Assembly (NCBI GenBank): GCA_026134085.1
Contig: JAOQIN010000001.1
Span: forward strand, 85,344-145,514
Direction of reading: 5' to 3'
Length of the DNA stretch: 60,171 bases
DNA from: Candidatus Methanoxibalbensis ujae
GTDB taxonomy: Archaea; Halobacteriota; Syntropharchaeia; Alkanophagales; Methanospirareceae
The notes under the pieces: model-generated
What the model saw: the letters and a program-made list of their open reading frames with translations, nothing else
Told to the model about the DNA's origin: nothing
Database searches by the model: none
Shown here: positions 21,583 to 30,824 of the stretch, in pieces
Layout: each line of letters starts with the position of its first letter
How positions within the stretch are numbered: position 1 is the first letter of the stretch
Position numbers and translations under genes: made by a program

Positions 21583-21723
21583 ATGGTAAAATGTATGAGA
21601 TGCAAGCGGGAGGTAAAGGATTACATTGAGGTTGAGGGGAGGATTCTATGCGAAGATTGTTACATGGATGAACTTGAATCCGCAAGCATAGACATGGTTG
21701 GCGAAGCGGACGGTGGCGGTTAA
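21583..21723 (+). CDS. 46-aa zinc-finger microprotein (absent from the ORF track)
   Basis: MVKCMRCKREVKDYIEVEGRILCEDCYMDELESASIDMVGEADGGG*; CxxC-x15-CxxC; upstream GTGAGGG SD-like site and AT-rich TATTTATT. Confidence 0.75.
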   Translation: MVKCMRCKREVKDYIEVEGRILCEDCYMDELESASIDMVGEADGGG

Positions 21724-21740
21724 TGCCGTTGATGTTGTGG

Positions 21741-22067
21741 TTAATACATCTGGAAGAGACGCTCCTTCGCCGATTCTCTCTTCCTCTTTTCCTCCTCTAT
21801 CTTTTTTATCTCATTCAGGAATTGAAAAACTGCTTTTGTGCATGGATTTTCTGTGTTTATCATGACAACTCTTGATTTTCCTATATCCAATTCCTTCAGA
21901 ATTCCTGCAGAGACGAGATCGGAAACCACTTTACGAACGGTAACATGGCTCTTCCCGAGCTGCTTCGTCAGACCTGTGATGTTGTCAAAATATCCGTCGT
22001 TGTTGTAGAAAAGTAACAGCAGTTTCAGGTGCGTCGTGTTCCCGAATATCTTCTTCAGTGTTTCCAT
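21741..22067 (-). CDS. Winged-helix (ArsR-like) transcription regulator, divergent from arlB
   Basis: NITGLTKQLGKSHVTVRKVVSDLVSAGIL HTH plus wing IGKSRVV. Confidence 0.78.
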   Translation of the reverse strand: METLKKIFGNTTHLKLLLLFYNNDGYFDNITGLTKQLGKSHVTVRKVVSDLVSAGILKELDIGKSRVVMINTENPCTKAVFQFLNEIKKIEEEKRKRESAKERLFQMY

Positions 22068-22251
22068 TCTTTATACCTTTTGACAATGTCCTCTATAAAT
22101 ATTTTTCCCAATGATGAAGAAAATTTAAAGTTTTGCAGTATTTCTTTCCCAAAATTGGCACTTATACTTCGGAAATTAGTGGAAAAACTTGCATTCATGC
22201 CAACTCTTTAAAATTCACGCAAAGAAAATCTTGATGGAGGTGATGAAGAAG

Positions 22252-22905
22252 ATGGGAGGAGACAGATGGAGAAGAAAGGGATTTACCGGTCTGGAAGCGG
22301 CGATAGTTCTCACTGCTTTCGTTGTTGTCGCTGCCGTCTTCTCGTATGTGGTGCTTAATGCAGGTTTCTTCACAACAGAAAAAAGTAAGGAAGTCATTCA
22401 CTCAGGTGTAGATAGGGCTTCTCAGTCCGTTGAGCTTGTCGGTTATGTGGTCGGATATGGCAATTCTTCTCTGGCGAACAATCCCAGTAACAGAACGATC
22501 AGCGCAATATCGTTCGTGTTGCAGTGCACTGCCGGTGCGACACCTATGGATCTGAACAAAACGGTGATATCCTATGCAGATGATGATGACTATCTGCCAC
22601 AGTTGAGTTTCTCATGGCGAAAACTGCTCTGGATAAATGAAGAAAGCAAAAATTCCACGGTCATTCTGCCATATGAAAAGGTCCAGATATATGTGAATTT
22701 CAGCGGAGGATCAGCGACTGATGACCCATATGCGGGAACTCCTGATGGCTGGAGATTTATCAATTCCTCAGCAGGATTCAATATCACTACAGAACCGGGA
22801 CCAAACGAGTGGTTCACGGTGGAAGTGAAGCCGCCCGTTGGTGCAGTCATACCGATAAAAAGAATGGTTCCACCACACGTCACAAATGTGACAACGCTCT
22901 TCTGA
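22252..22905 (+). CDS. arlB: Archaellin
   Basis: Class III signal peptide RRKG/FTGLEAAIVLTAFVVVAAVFSYVVL; start moved to ATG 22252 after GGAGGTGA. Confidence 0.93.
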   Translation: MGGDRWRRKGFTGLEAAIVLTAFVVVAAVFSYVVLNAGFFTTEKSKEVIHSGVDRASQSVELVGYVVGYGNSSLANNPSNRTISAISFVLQCTAGATPMDLNKTVISYADDDDYLPQLSFSWRKLLWINEESKNSTVILPYEKVQIYVNFSGGSATDDPYAGTPDGWRFINSSAGFNITTEPGPNEWFTVEVKPPVGAVIPIKRMVPPHVTNVTTLF

Positions 22906-22975
22906 TCCCCGAATCGGGCAGTGTTTATTGTTGTTTCCTCATTTTTTCCTCCTTTTTTGAGAGGAGGGTGGAGCT

Positions 22976-24175
22976 ATGGAGATATTAGAACGAATAAACT
23001 CACTGGAGAAGGAAATAAAGACATTGAAGGGAGAAGTTAAAAAGGTGCTTGTTGACCTGAGGGAATCAATGAACCTGCTTGAAAATCCTTTTGCGAATCT
23101 TGAGCATCTGCGCGCTGTCAGTGGAGACAGTGGAACGAGCATAGACGAGGAGCGATTGAGACATCTTGAGAAGACAGTTGAACAGTTGAAGGAGATGCTT
23201 CTTGAAAATGGAAAACTGGAGCAGATGGAGAGAGAGATAGAGCAGTTGAAGGAGCATGGTGTGCATGGCAGAAGCGATGATGCAGCTGGAAGCGGAAAAA
23301 TTGATGAAATCAGGAGTGAGATAGACGAATTGAAAGAAATGATAAATGCAATACAGAATGAAACAGGTGAAAGTGCTGCATTTGCTGAGAAATTGGGGGA
23401 GATAGAGCGTATGAAGGATGAATTTGAGCAGTTGAAGAGTTTGTTTGAGAATGATTGGAGAAACAGGTTGAAAAATCTGGAGGAAGAGATAACTGCGCTG
23501 AAAGAGCGATTGACGACTTCAGCTGAGGAATCGGAAGATGTTGGGAAGATAATGACTGAAAACGTGACTCCGCTAAAAGAGGCTGCAAAATCAGCTGCAG
23601 GTGATGATATGGCGATCGGTGATGATATGGCGATGGATGACATGGTGGATGACATGACGGAGCGGTCTTCTGCTGGAGATGTTGAGAGTTACGCATCCGA
23701 ATCGGTGAGGAATTTTGATGAGATGCGTGATGACATCGCTGCAAATGCTGCTGATGCGCTGACAGGCAGGGCAGAGGCGCGGGAGGCGCAGGAGGCTCAG
23801 GAGGCTCAGGATAACATCACCGGTGTGAGGCATGATGTGCGCGATGTGCGTGATGTGCTACATGCCAAAAAGAGCAGCGGGGGAGAGGAGATAATGGACA
23901 TGCTCACGCTGTCCCATCTGATGCAGTGGGCGGACAGGACGATCAACATGATAGGGCGTGAGAAAATGATGCAGATACTGGACTTATATGAGATGAGCGG
24001 ACATCTTTCCGAGGAAAAGAAGCGCATAATACTCAAAATTGCAGATATTCCCGATGTTCAGCATGAGAAGGGGCGTGTTGAAACGAAATTTTGTATATTG
24101 GCGATGTATGATCTTGACAGAATACTCACGGGAAGACATCAGGAGCTCTTCACACTGCTTAAAGACATTTTCTGA
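22976..24175 (+). CDS. Archaellum switch/accessory protein, ArlC/D/E-like (coiled coil, acidic linker, FlaD/E C-terminal domain)
   Basis: N-terminal LKGEVKKVLVDLRE..NPF; C-terminal LMQWADRTINMIGREKMMQILDLYEMSGHLS; position between arlB and arlG. Confidence 0.72.
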   Translation: MEILERINSLEKEIKTLKGEVKKVLVDLRESMNLLENPFANLEHLRAVSGDSGTSIDEERLRHLEKTVEQLKEMLLENGKLEQMEREIEQLKEHGVHGRSDDAAGSGKIDEIRSEIDELKEMINAIQNETGESAAFAEKLGEIERMKDEFEQLKSLFENDWRNRLKNLEEEITALKERLTTSAEESEDVGKIMTENVTPLKEAAKSAAGDDMAIGDDMAMDDMVDDMTERSSAGDVESYASESVRNFDEMRDDIAANAADALTGRAEAREAQEAQEAQDNITGVRHDVRDVRDVLHAKKSSGGEEIMDMLTLSHLMQWADRTINMIGREKMMQILDLYEMSGHLSEEKKRIILKIADIPDVQHEKGRVETKFCILAMYDLDRILTGRHQELFTLLKDIF

Positions 24176-24216
24176 TATTTTGGCTGCAATTGGAAGGAAC
24201 GATGGAGGTGAGCTGG

Positions 24217-24696
24217 ATGGGAGAAGCGGCAATATCAACATCAATAATAACGATTGCGTGCGTGGTATGCACTGCTATGGTTGTCAGTGTTGTTTATCCT
24301 GCGGTATCGCGCACTGTATCGTCGTTTGTGCTCAGCAGCGAAAACTTATGTGATAGGATTGAGACATCAATTGATATAATTGCGGAGTCAAATGACACCT
24401 CTTTCATATATGTGTGGGTGAAAAACACAGGTTCTTCAACAATTACAATTTCATCCCTGAAACATACTGATATACTGTTCGGCAACGCAGACAGTTTCAG
24501 GCTTATACCATATGATGCAGATATCTCAAGCGCGGGCTCATGGAACTGCACAATTGAGAACGACAACGGCGATGGAAATTGGGATGCCGGCGAGACATTG
24601 AGAATCATGATAAATCAGACACCTTCCCCAGGAGATTATTATGTGAAAATTGTCCTGAGCAATGCAGTTTCAGACGAGGATGTGTTTTCTATATGA
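24217..24696 (+). CDS. arlG: Archaellum stator component ArlG
   Basis: N-terminal TM (EAAISTSIITIA), WVKNTGS, WDAGETL; start moved to ATG 24217. Confidence 0.82.
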   Translation: MGEAAISTSIITIACVVCTAMVVSVVYPAVSRTVSSFVLSSENLCDRIETSIDIIAESNDTSFIYVWVKNTGSSTITISSLKHTDILFGNADSFRLIPYDADISSAGSWNCTIENDNGDGNWDAGETLRIMINQTPSPGDYYVKIVLSNAVSDEDVFSI

Positions 24697-24748
24697 CGCT
24701 ATATGACGGGGGCTCATGAACGAAAACGCATGCAGAGAGGTGTGAGAA

Positions 24749-25261
24749 ATGGGATTTGGGGTTATAATTGCAGCTGTTATTTTTGTTTCTCTGCTCGCAG
24801 TCGCAACATATCTCGTTGCAGTGAGCGCTATATACACTATGGATTCTCTTTCAGGCGCGCTTGATCGTGCGAGTGAATTTAATTCTGAGCGGATAATGAC
24901 ATCTGTAAGAATTGCAAATGTGAGTATCTTGACGAACAACACCATCAGTGTGATGTTGAATAACACAGGTAGCACAAAAATTCACAATTTGAGACATATG
25001 GATGTTTTCATCCATTACACAGCAAACGAGACGGATGAGAAATTGACGGAGCGACTGCGTTACAACAGCGGTGGCATCAGTGAGCTGCAATATGATGAAT
25101 GGACATGTCTGAACATAACACCCGATGCTGTCAATCCTGGCATTTTTGATCCTGATGAGTGTATGGAAATCCTGCTGAAAGTTCGGGATATAAACAGGAG
25201 CACTGGTGGCTGGATAAAGGTTGTCACACCCAACGGCATCTCTTCTTTCAAATATTTTTAG
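24749..25261 (+). CDS. arlF: Archaellum stator component ArlF
   Basis: MGFGVIIA TM, NTGST, NPGIFDPDE, KVVTPNGIS. Confidence 0.82.
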   Translation: MGFGVIIAAVIFVSLLAVATYLVAVSAIYTMDSLSGALDRASEFNSERIMTSVRIANVSILTNNTISVMLNNTGSTKIHNLRHMDVFIHYTANETDEKLTERLRYNSGGISELQYDEWTCLNITPDAVNPGIFDPDECMEILLKVRDINRSTGGWIKVVTPNGISSFKYF

Positions 25262-25412
25262 CTTTATGATGGAAAATTTTCGGAAATTTGCAAATAAAAT
25301 ATAGCAAGGAAGAGGCTATTTACTTCATTGATTTTTATTGATTTAGAGAAGTGCAACATAATTGAGTGAAGCAATGCTTGGAGTATGCTGTTGGATGATG
25401 TGTGCTGTGCGG

Positions 25413-25452
25413 AGATGTGGCGTAGATGTGGCGTAGATGTGGCGTAGATGTG
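25413..25452. repeat. 11-bp tandem repeat (agatgtggcgt)x3.6 immediately upstream of arlH
   Basis: Read directly from the sequence. Confidence 0.9.
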
Positions 25453-25459
25453 ACCCGGG

Positions 25460-26221
25460 GTGATTATGATGGCAGATGATGAAGATTTTGCGGATAAGGA
25501 AGAGATAAAGCTGAGTTCTGCGTATGATCGCAAGGAGATCATCTCATCGGGGAACACAGAGATAGACAAGCGTATGGGGGGTGGCATTCCAACAGGCTCT
25601 TTAACTCTCATAGAAGGAGCCAACGACACGGGAAAAAGTGTGTTGACGCAGCAGTTGATGTGGGGGGGGCTGCAGCAGGGCTTCTTGTTTTCATTATACA
25701 CGACTGAAAACACCATAAAGAGTTTCCTCAGGCAGATGTCAAGCCTCTCACTTGATGTGACGGATTACTTCATATTGGGCAATCTGAGAATATATCCTAT
25801 ACATGTGGAGGGATTGGAGTGGGCAGCCGACATACCTTTTCTTGATTACATCGTTGCTGACATAAAGATAAAGAGTGCTGAGGTCATTATAATAGATTCA
25901 CTTACTGTTTTTGTGTCAAATGCGAGCGAGAATGACATACTGAATTTCTTCGCTTCATGCAAAAATCTGTGTGATGATGGCAGAACAATAATGATTACCG
26001 TTCACACATATGCGTTCAGTGAGGAACTGCTCACGAGAGTTCGTTCAATATGCGATGCGCATCTGAGCCTGAGGAAGGAAGAAGTTGGCGAGCGACTCGT
26101 GAGGACTATGGAAGTTGCGAAGATAAGAGGTGCGCAGAAGACAACCGGAAACATCGTCGCTTTTGAGGTTGAGCCGTCTCTCGGTCTTCGCATAATACCT
26201 GTTTCCAAAGCGAAGGCCTGA
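25460..26221 (+). CDS. arlH: Archaellum KaiC-like ATPase ArlH
   Basis: GGGIPTGSL, Walker A GANDTGKS, IIIDSLT, KIRGA. Confidence 0.93.
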   Translation: MIMMADDEDFADKEEIKLSSAYDRKEIISSGNTEIDKRMGGGIPTGSLTLIEGANDTGKSVLTQQLMWGGLQQGFLFSLYTTENTIKSFLRQMSSLSLDVTDYFILGNLRIYPIHVEGLEWAADIPFLDYIVADIKIKSAEVIIIDSLTVFVSNASENDILNFFASCKNLCDDGRTIMITVHTYAFSEELLTRVRSICDAHLSLRKEEVGERLVRTMEVAKIRGAQKTTGNIVAFEVEPSLGLRIIPVSKAKA

Positions 26222-26261
26222 GCCTTCTGAGCGCGGGTGAGATGATGTGAGATGATGCGAG

Positions 26262-26561
26262 ATGATGTGGGATGATGGAGGCGGGATGATGGAGGAGATA
26301 TTTGGCGACATTGGCGACACGGATGATGATGCGGAAAGCTGGGATGAATTTGGAGATGATGCGTGTTGTGAGGAAGCAGCGGGATATGGTGATTGCGCTG
26401 ATGATGGAGGAAGTGATTGCGCTGATCATGGGGAGTGGGAGGAGAACGATGAGATGGAGGAGGAAATGGATGGAGTCGGGAGCATGGAGGATGATATGGA
26501 CGCACCGGAAAGAATGGGGGATTGTGTGATGAGAGATGAGGAGGAGCTGAATATTGAATGA
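26262..26561 (+). CDS. Very acidic low-complexity hypothetical protein between arlH and arlI
   Basis: D/E-rich ORF on the operon strand; it could also be a by-product of GAT/GAG-rich repeats. Confidence 0.4.
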   Translation: MMWDDGGGMMEEIFGDIGDTDDDAESWDEFGDDACCEEAAGYGDCADDGGSDCADHGEWEENDEMEEEMDGVGSMEDDMDAPERMGDCVMRDEEELNIE

Positions 26562-26724
26562 CAGCCGCTGCTGACACAGGGATGACAGTCAATGGTTGAG
26601 GCGAGCGGTTGAAGGAGAGGATGCGGAGGAGGATGAGTGGGATGGGGAGGATGAACGGGATGAGGATGAGTAGGATGATAAAGAAAAGGAGGTGAGTGTT
26701 TGGTGAGGAGGGAGGTGGGTTGAA

Positions 26725-28590
26725 ATGCCGCGGACATCTGTGCCTTTTAAGGTGAGAAATGTAAGTGTTGAGGACAATAGTGACCTGATGCAGTGTGGAT
26801 TATACCGTTTGTTGCCATCTGAAGGTAAAGAAGTTGTGAAAAGGAGCACACATGTGCTCCAATATCTGCACATGATACCTCTTGACAGGATAGGAACGCC
26901 TAAATTTTACAGAGAACTTTCAAGAAAGCTCAAGGGCATAAAATATCCAAACATAATTTATCCTGTGAGCGATGAGATAGCGGTGCACATATGTCCCGAC
27001 AAAGACGATGCGCGCAACTATTACATACCGATAGAGCCCCATCTTTTCATTGATTTCAGCGACCTGATTGCTGAGGTTGAGAAGCGCATAGCGAGGCTTG
27101 TTGACAGATATGAGGAGCCTCAGAGTCCTGATGAGCAGAGGAGAATTCTTGAAAAGTGCATAGATGAAGTATGTGTTGTTGTTTCTCCTGCCGGAAAAAA
27201 GACAAATGGCAGGAAGGGTATTTCCTCGTTTTTCACAAACATCAGGGGAATTGCCGTTGCCAACAGTGTGTGGAGCAGGAGAGGAGCTGTGAACCTCGCA
27301 TTCTTCAACGGCTCACTGCATGAGAGGTTGAAAAAGGTCTTTGAACACCTTCCTCTTGACGGACATCGTGATAAAATTCCCGTAACTTCGTTTGAGCTGC
27401 GTGCAATTAGATATCTCATGGTGCGTGATAAAGTTGGATTGGGGATTTTGGAGCCTTTCATAAGGGATCCTTACATAGAGGATATATCATGCTCAGGTGT
27501 GGGAAACATATTTATAGAGCATAAGATATTTGAATCATTGAAAGCGCCCATAGAGTTTGAGAGTGAGGAGGATCTTGATGATTTTATATTGAAGCTTTCT
27601 GAAAAAATAGGAAAGCCTGTCTCCTTCAGGAATCCGATAGTTGATGCAACTCTTCCAGATGGTTCCCGCATAAATATTGTTTTTGGAAAGGACATATCAA
27701 AGAAAGGCTCAAATTTCACGATAAGAAAGTTCAGCAAGAAGCCTCTGAGCGTGCTTCAGCTGATAGAATTCGGAACATTTGATTATCTGATGGCTGCATA
27801 TTTCTGGATAGCGCTTCGTGAGGGCATGAACTGCTTTATAGCGGGTGAAACAGCATCTGGAAAGACGACAACGATGAATGCAATAACTACATTCGTGCCA
27901 CCGAATGCAAAAATAGTGTCAATTGAGGACACGCCAGAGCTTCAGGTGCCCCATCCGAACTGGGTCAGGGAAGTGACCCGCTCATCAGGAGGCAAAAAAG
28001 GAAGTGAGGCTGCGAGTGTTGAGATGTTTGACCTTCTGAAAGCAGCGTTGAGGCAGCGACCGAATTTGATTGTTGTCGGTGAGATAAGAGGGGTTGAGGG
28101 GAACATCGCGTTTCAGGCAATGCAGACAGGTCATGCTGTCATGTCAACATTCCACGCGGCATCAACAGAAAAGCTCATACAGCGCCTCACCGGCGACCCG
28201 ATAAGAGTGCCCAAGACATACATTGACAACCTCAACTTCGTCATCCTCCAGAACGCTGTGCGAGGTAAGGATGGAAAACTCATGAGGCGTGTGACGAGTG
28301 TTTCTGAGATAGTTGGATATGATCCTCCATCTGATTCATTCTCGTATATTGAGGTTTTTCGCTGGAATCCAGAAAATGATTCTTTTGAATTCACAGGAAA
28401 CATGAATTCTTACATGCTGGAGGAGAAAATAGCGGTAAAAAGAGGAATTCCTCCCAATAAGAAGAGGAAAATATATAAAGAACTGGAGAAAAGGGCAAAT
28501 ATATTGAAGAAACTGCATGATTCAGGTGTTGAAGATTTCTATGAGCTCTTCCGCATCATAGCGAGAATAGAGACTGAGGGGGTGATATGA
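26725..28590 (+). CDS. arlI: Archaellum motor ATPase ArlI (T2SS/T4P ATPase)
   Basis: DATLPDGSRIN, Walker A GETASGKT, LRQRPN, VGEIRG, QTGH..STFHA. Confidence 0.95.
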   Translation: MPRTSVPFKVRNVSVEDNSDLMQCGLYRLLPSEGKEVVKRSTHVLQYLHMIPLDRIGTPKFYRELSRKLKGIKYPNIIYPVSDEIAVHICPDKDDARNYYIPIEPHLFIDFSDLIAEVEKRIARLVDRYEEPQSPDEQRRILEKCIDEVCVVVSPAGKKTNGRKGISSFFTNIRGIAVANSVWSRRGAVNLAFFNGSLHERLKKVFEHLPLDGHRDKIPVTSFELRAIRYLMVRDKVGLGILEPFIRDPYIEDISCSGVGNIFIEHKIFESLKAPIEFESEEDLDDFILKLSEKIGKPVSFRNPIVDATLPDGSRINIVFGKDISKKGSNFTIRKFSKKPLSVLQLIEFGTFDYLMAAYFWIALREGMNCFIAGETASGKTTTMNAITTFVPPNAKIVSIEDTPELQVPHPNWVREVTRSSGGKKGSEAASVEMFDLLKAALRQRPNLIVVGEIRGVEGNIAFQAMQTGHAVMSTFHAASTEKLIQRLTGDPIRVPKTYIDNLNFVILQNAVRGKDGKLMRRVTSVSEIVGYDPPSDSFSYIEVFRWNPENDSFEFTGNMNSYMLEEKIAVKRGIPPNKKRKIYKELEKRANILKKLHDSGVEDFYELFRIIARIETEGVI

Positions 28591-30162
28591 ATGGAGTTCA
28601 AATTTCTCGGTCTCAGGCTTCCAAGCAGAAGCGGAGGCGTTTCTTTCAGCAGGAAAAAGCGCATTGATTTTGGTGCGAGGATAAAGGAAGATCAGGCCAT
28701 GATGCTTGACCTGCTCAACATAATCACATACATGTCCTCAATCGCCACATCAGACATAGACCGTGCGAAGATCATAGAACTTGCATCGCAGCAGGACGGA
28801 ATAACTGCAAGATATCTTGACAAGGTGCGTCTGCTCGCTGAAAATTACGGATATGATTATGCAGATGCTTGCAAGACAGTTGCTGAAAATGTGAAACATC
28901 CTGAATTGAAGGATTTTCTCATAAGACTGTCAAATGCTCTCGCAACCGGTGAGGATGAGGAGAAGTTTCTTCGCATAGAAGCTGAGCAGATCGTTGAGAA
29001 ATACACAAACAAATATTTGAGTGATGTTGATACATTGCGCAAATGGACCGACGGATACACAGCGTTACTCGTGTCTGTGACAATGGTAATTGCGATATTT
29101 CTCATCAGTTCCATGCTTTTCAGGATGGGAGATGTCGGTGTTATGGGATTTCTTGCGGGTGTTCTGCTGTGTTTTGTGTGTTTTCTCGGCGTTTACATCA
29201 TATACAGGGTTTCACCATATGAGAAGACTGTGCATTCCCTTGATGTCCGCTCAAAGGAGCAGGATATACTGCATGGCATCAGCAGATTCCTTCTGCCTGC
29301 TGTTTTTGTTGTTCCCCTCGCAATTTTTATGGCTGGCATGGATGAGTGGATGGCTTTTCTCGCTGTATCTCTGCTGCTTGCGCCTATGGGCATAATAGCG
29401 ATTATAGATGCAAGAAACATAGAGAGGAGAGACAGAGATTTATCCTCTTTTCTCAAGAGTTTGGGGGCAGCAGCGGGAATAACAGGCACGACACTTGCTG
29501 TTGCGATAAGCAGACTTGACAAGAAATCTGTTGGAACTCTTGAGAAATTCGTGAGAAAACTTTATAAAAGGCTCATACATGGCATAAATCCGCGTGTCTG
29601 CTGGCATTATTTCGCAGGAGAAACTGGATCAGAGCTTGTCAACAGATATACAAGGGTTTTTCTTGATGCGGTAGAACTCGGAGGAGACCCCATGAAAATA
29701 GGGGAGGTGGTTTCAAACTCGGTGCTCGGCGTGTCGCTGCTGAGGGCGAAGAGGAAGCTTGTGGCAAATGGATTTGTGAATCTCGTGATTCCGCTTCACG
29801 TGACAATGTGCGGTCTCATAATGTTCATATATGAGATGCTCTACACATTCAACAGCGCACTCCTCAGACTCTATCAGGAGCATGGTGAGGACATAAGGAA
29901 AGGGATGGAACATATTTCAACGGGAGGCCTGGGATTTTTCAACATAAGCAACGCATCAGACATAGAATTTTTCTCAAAATATGTCATTTTCGTCATTCTT
30001 GTGCTCACACTGGCCAATGCTTTTGCATCAAAATATGCTGCTGGAGGCAGTAATTACAAGATTTGTTTCTACGCTTTCATCCTTTTCATGCTCTCCGCAT
30101 TCATCATATATGTAATGCCGATGGTATCATCGGTGTTCTTTGTTCCATTTACCGGTTCATAG
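28591..30162 (+). CDS. arlJ: Archaellum platform membrane protein ArlJ
   Basis: Polytopic with two GspF/TadC-like cytoplasmic domains; abuts arlI. Confidence 0.9.
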   Translation: MEFKFLGLRLPSRSGGVSFSRKKRIDFGARIKEDQAMMLDLLNIITYMSSIATSDIDRAKIIELASQQDGITARYLDKVRLLAENYGYDYADACKTVAENVKHPELKDFLIRLSNALATGEDEEKFLRIEAEQIVEKYTNKYLSDVDTLRKWTDGYTALLVSVTMVIAIFLISSMLFRMGDVGVMGFLAGVLLCFVCFLGVYIIYRVSPYEKTVHSLDVRSKEQDILHGISRFLLPAVFVVPLAIFMAGMDEWMAFLAVSLLLAPMGIIAIIDARNIERRDRDLSSFLKSLGAAAGITGTTLAVAISRLDKKSVGTLEKFVRKLYKRLIHGINPRVCWHYFAGETGSELVNRYTRVFLDAVELGGDPMKIGEVVSNSVLGVSLLRAKRKLVANGFVNLVIPLHVTMCGLIMFIYEMLYTFNSALLRLYQEHGEDIRKGMEHISTGGLGFFNISNASDIEFFSKYVIFVILVLTLANAFASKYAAGGSNYKICFYAFILFMLSAFIIYVMPMVSSVFFVPFTGS

Positions 30163-30269
30163 GGCTGGATGGAGGAGGATGGAGGGAGAGAGGAGAGATC
30201 AAAAAAGAAAGCATGCGTGTGTGAGTGTGAGTATGAGTGTGAGTATGAGTGTGAGAGGGAGGTGATTTT

Positions 30270-30620
30270 ATGGAAAATCAGGACCCTTTCAGTGCGTCGG
30301 AAGATGAGATGAGGCGTGTTGAGGAATGGTGGCTTCAGAAGGGATTTGAGGAGGATGTTGAGGAGGAGGACGAGGAAGAAACGGCAGCAGGTGAGGACGC
30401 TGAGGAGGGAGAGAGAAAGGATGCGGATGACCTGATATACGACTTGAAGGGCATTGGCATGGAGGATGAGGATGAGGACATGATGCTTCGTCGGATGATG
30501 GAGGAGCTGGGTGACCTTAGCAGTGAGGAGCTGCTTGACCTCGCGAGGGATGTGCTGCAGAGGATGAACGAGATACATGAGGAGCGTGAGAGAATGTGCG
30601 AGGAGGGCGGTATATGTTGA
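30270..30620 (+). CDS. Acidic hypothetical protein downstream of arlJ
   Basis: Strong GGAGGTGA SD; D/E-rich with an amphipathic C-terminus (LGDLSSEELLDLARDVL). Confidence 0.65.
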   Translation: MENQDPFSASEDEMRRVEEWWLQKGFEEDVEEEDEEETAAGEDAEEGERKDADDLIYDLKGIGMEDEDEDMMLRRMMEELGDLSSEELLDLARDVLQRMNEIHEERERMCEEGGIC

Positions 30621-30824
30621 TGATGATGGAGAAATTGAGGTTGAAGTCATATCGGCTCTCTCTCTTTTATGTTCAAAAGAATCAAATCTATCAAATCTAT
30701 AAAATTTTTTCAAAAATAACACAATTTTTCGGCACATAAAGAGGAAAAGTCATGAATGACAGGTATATGATTTCTCCTGGACGGGGGGATGTGATGATGT
30801 TTTATGTGGCGAGGGTGAAGTGGC

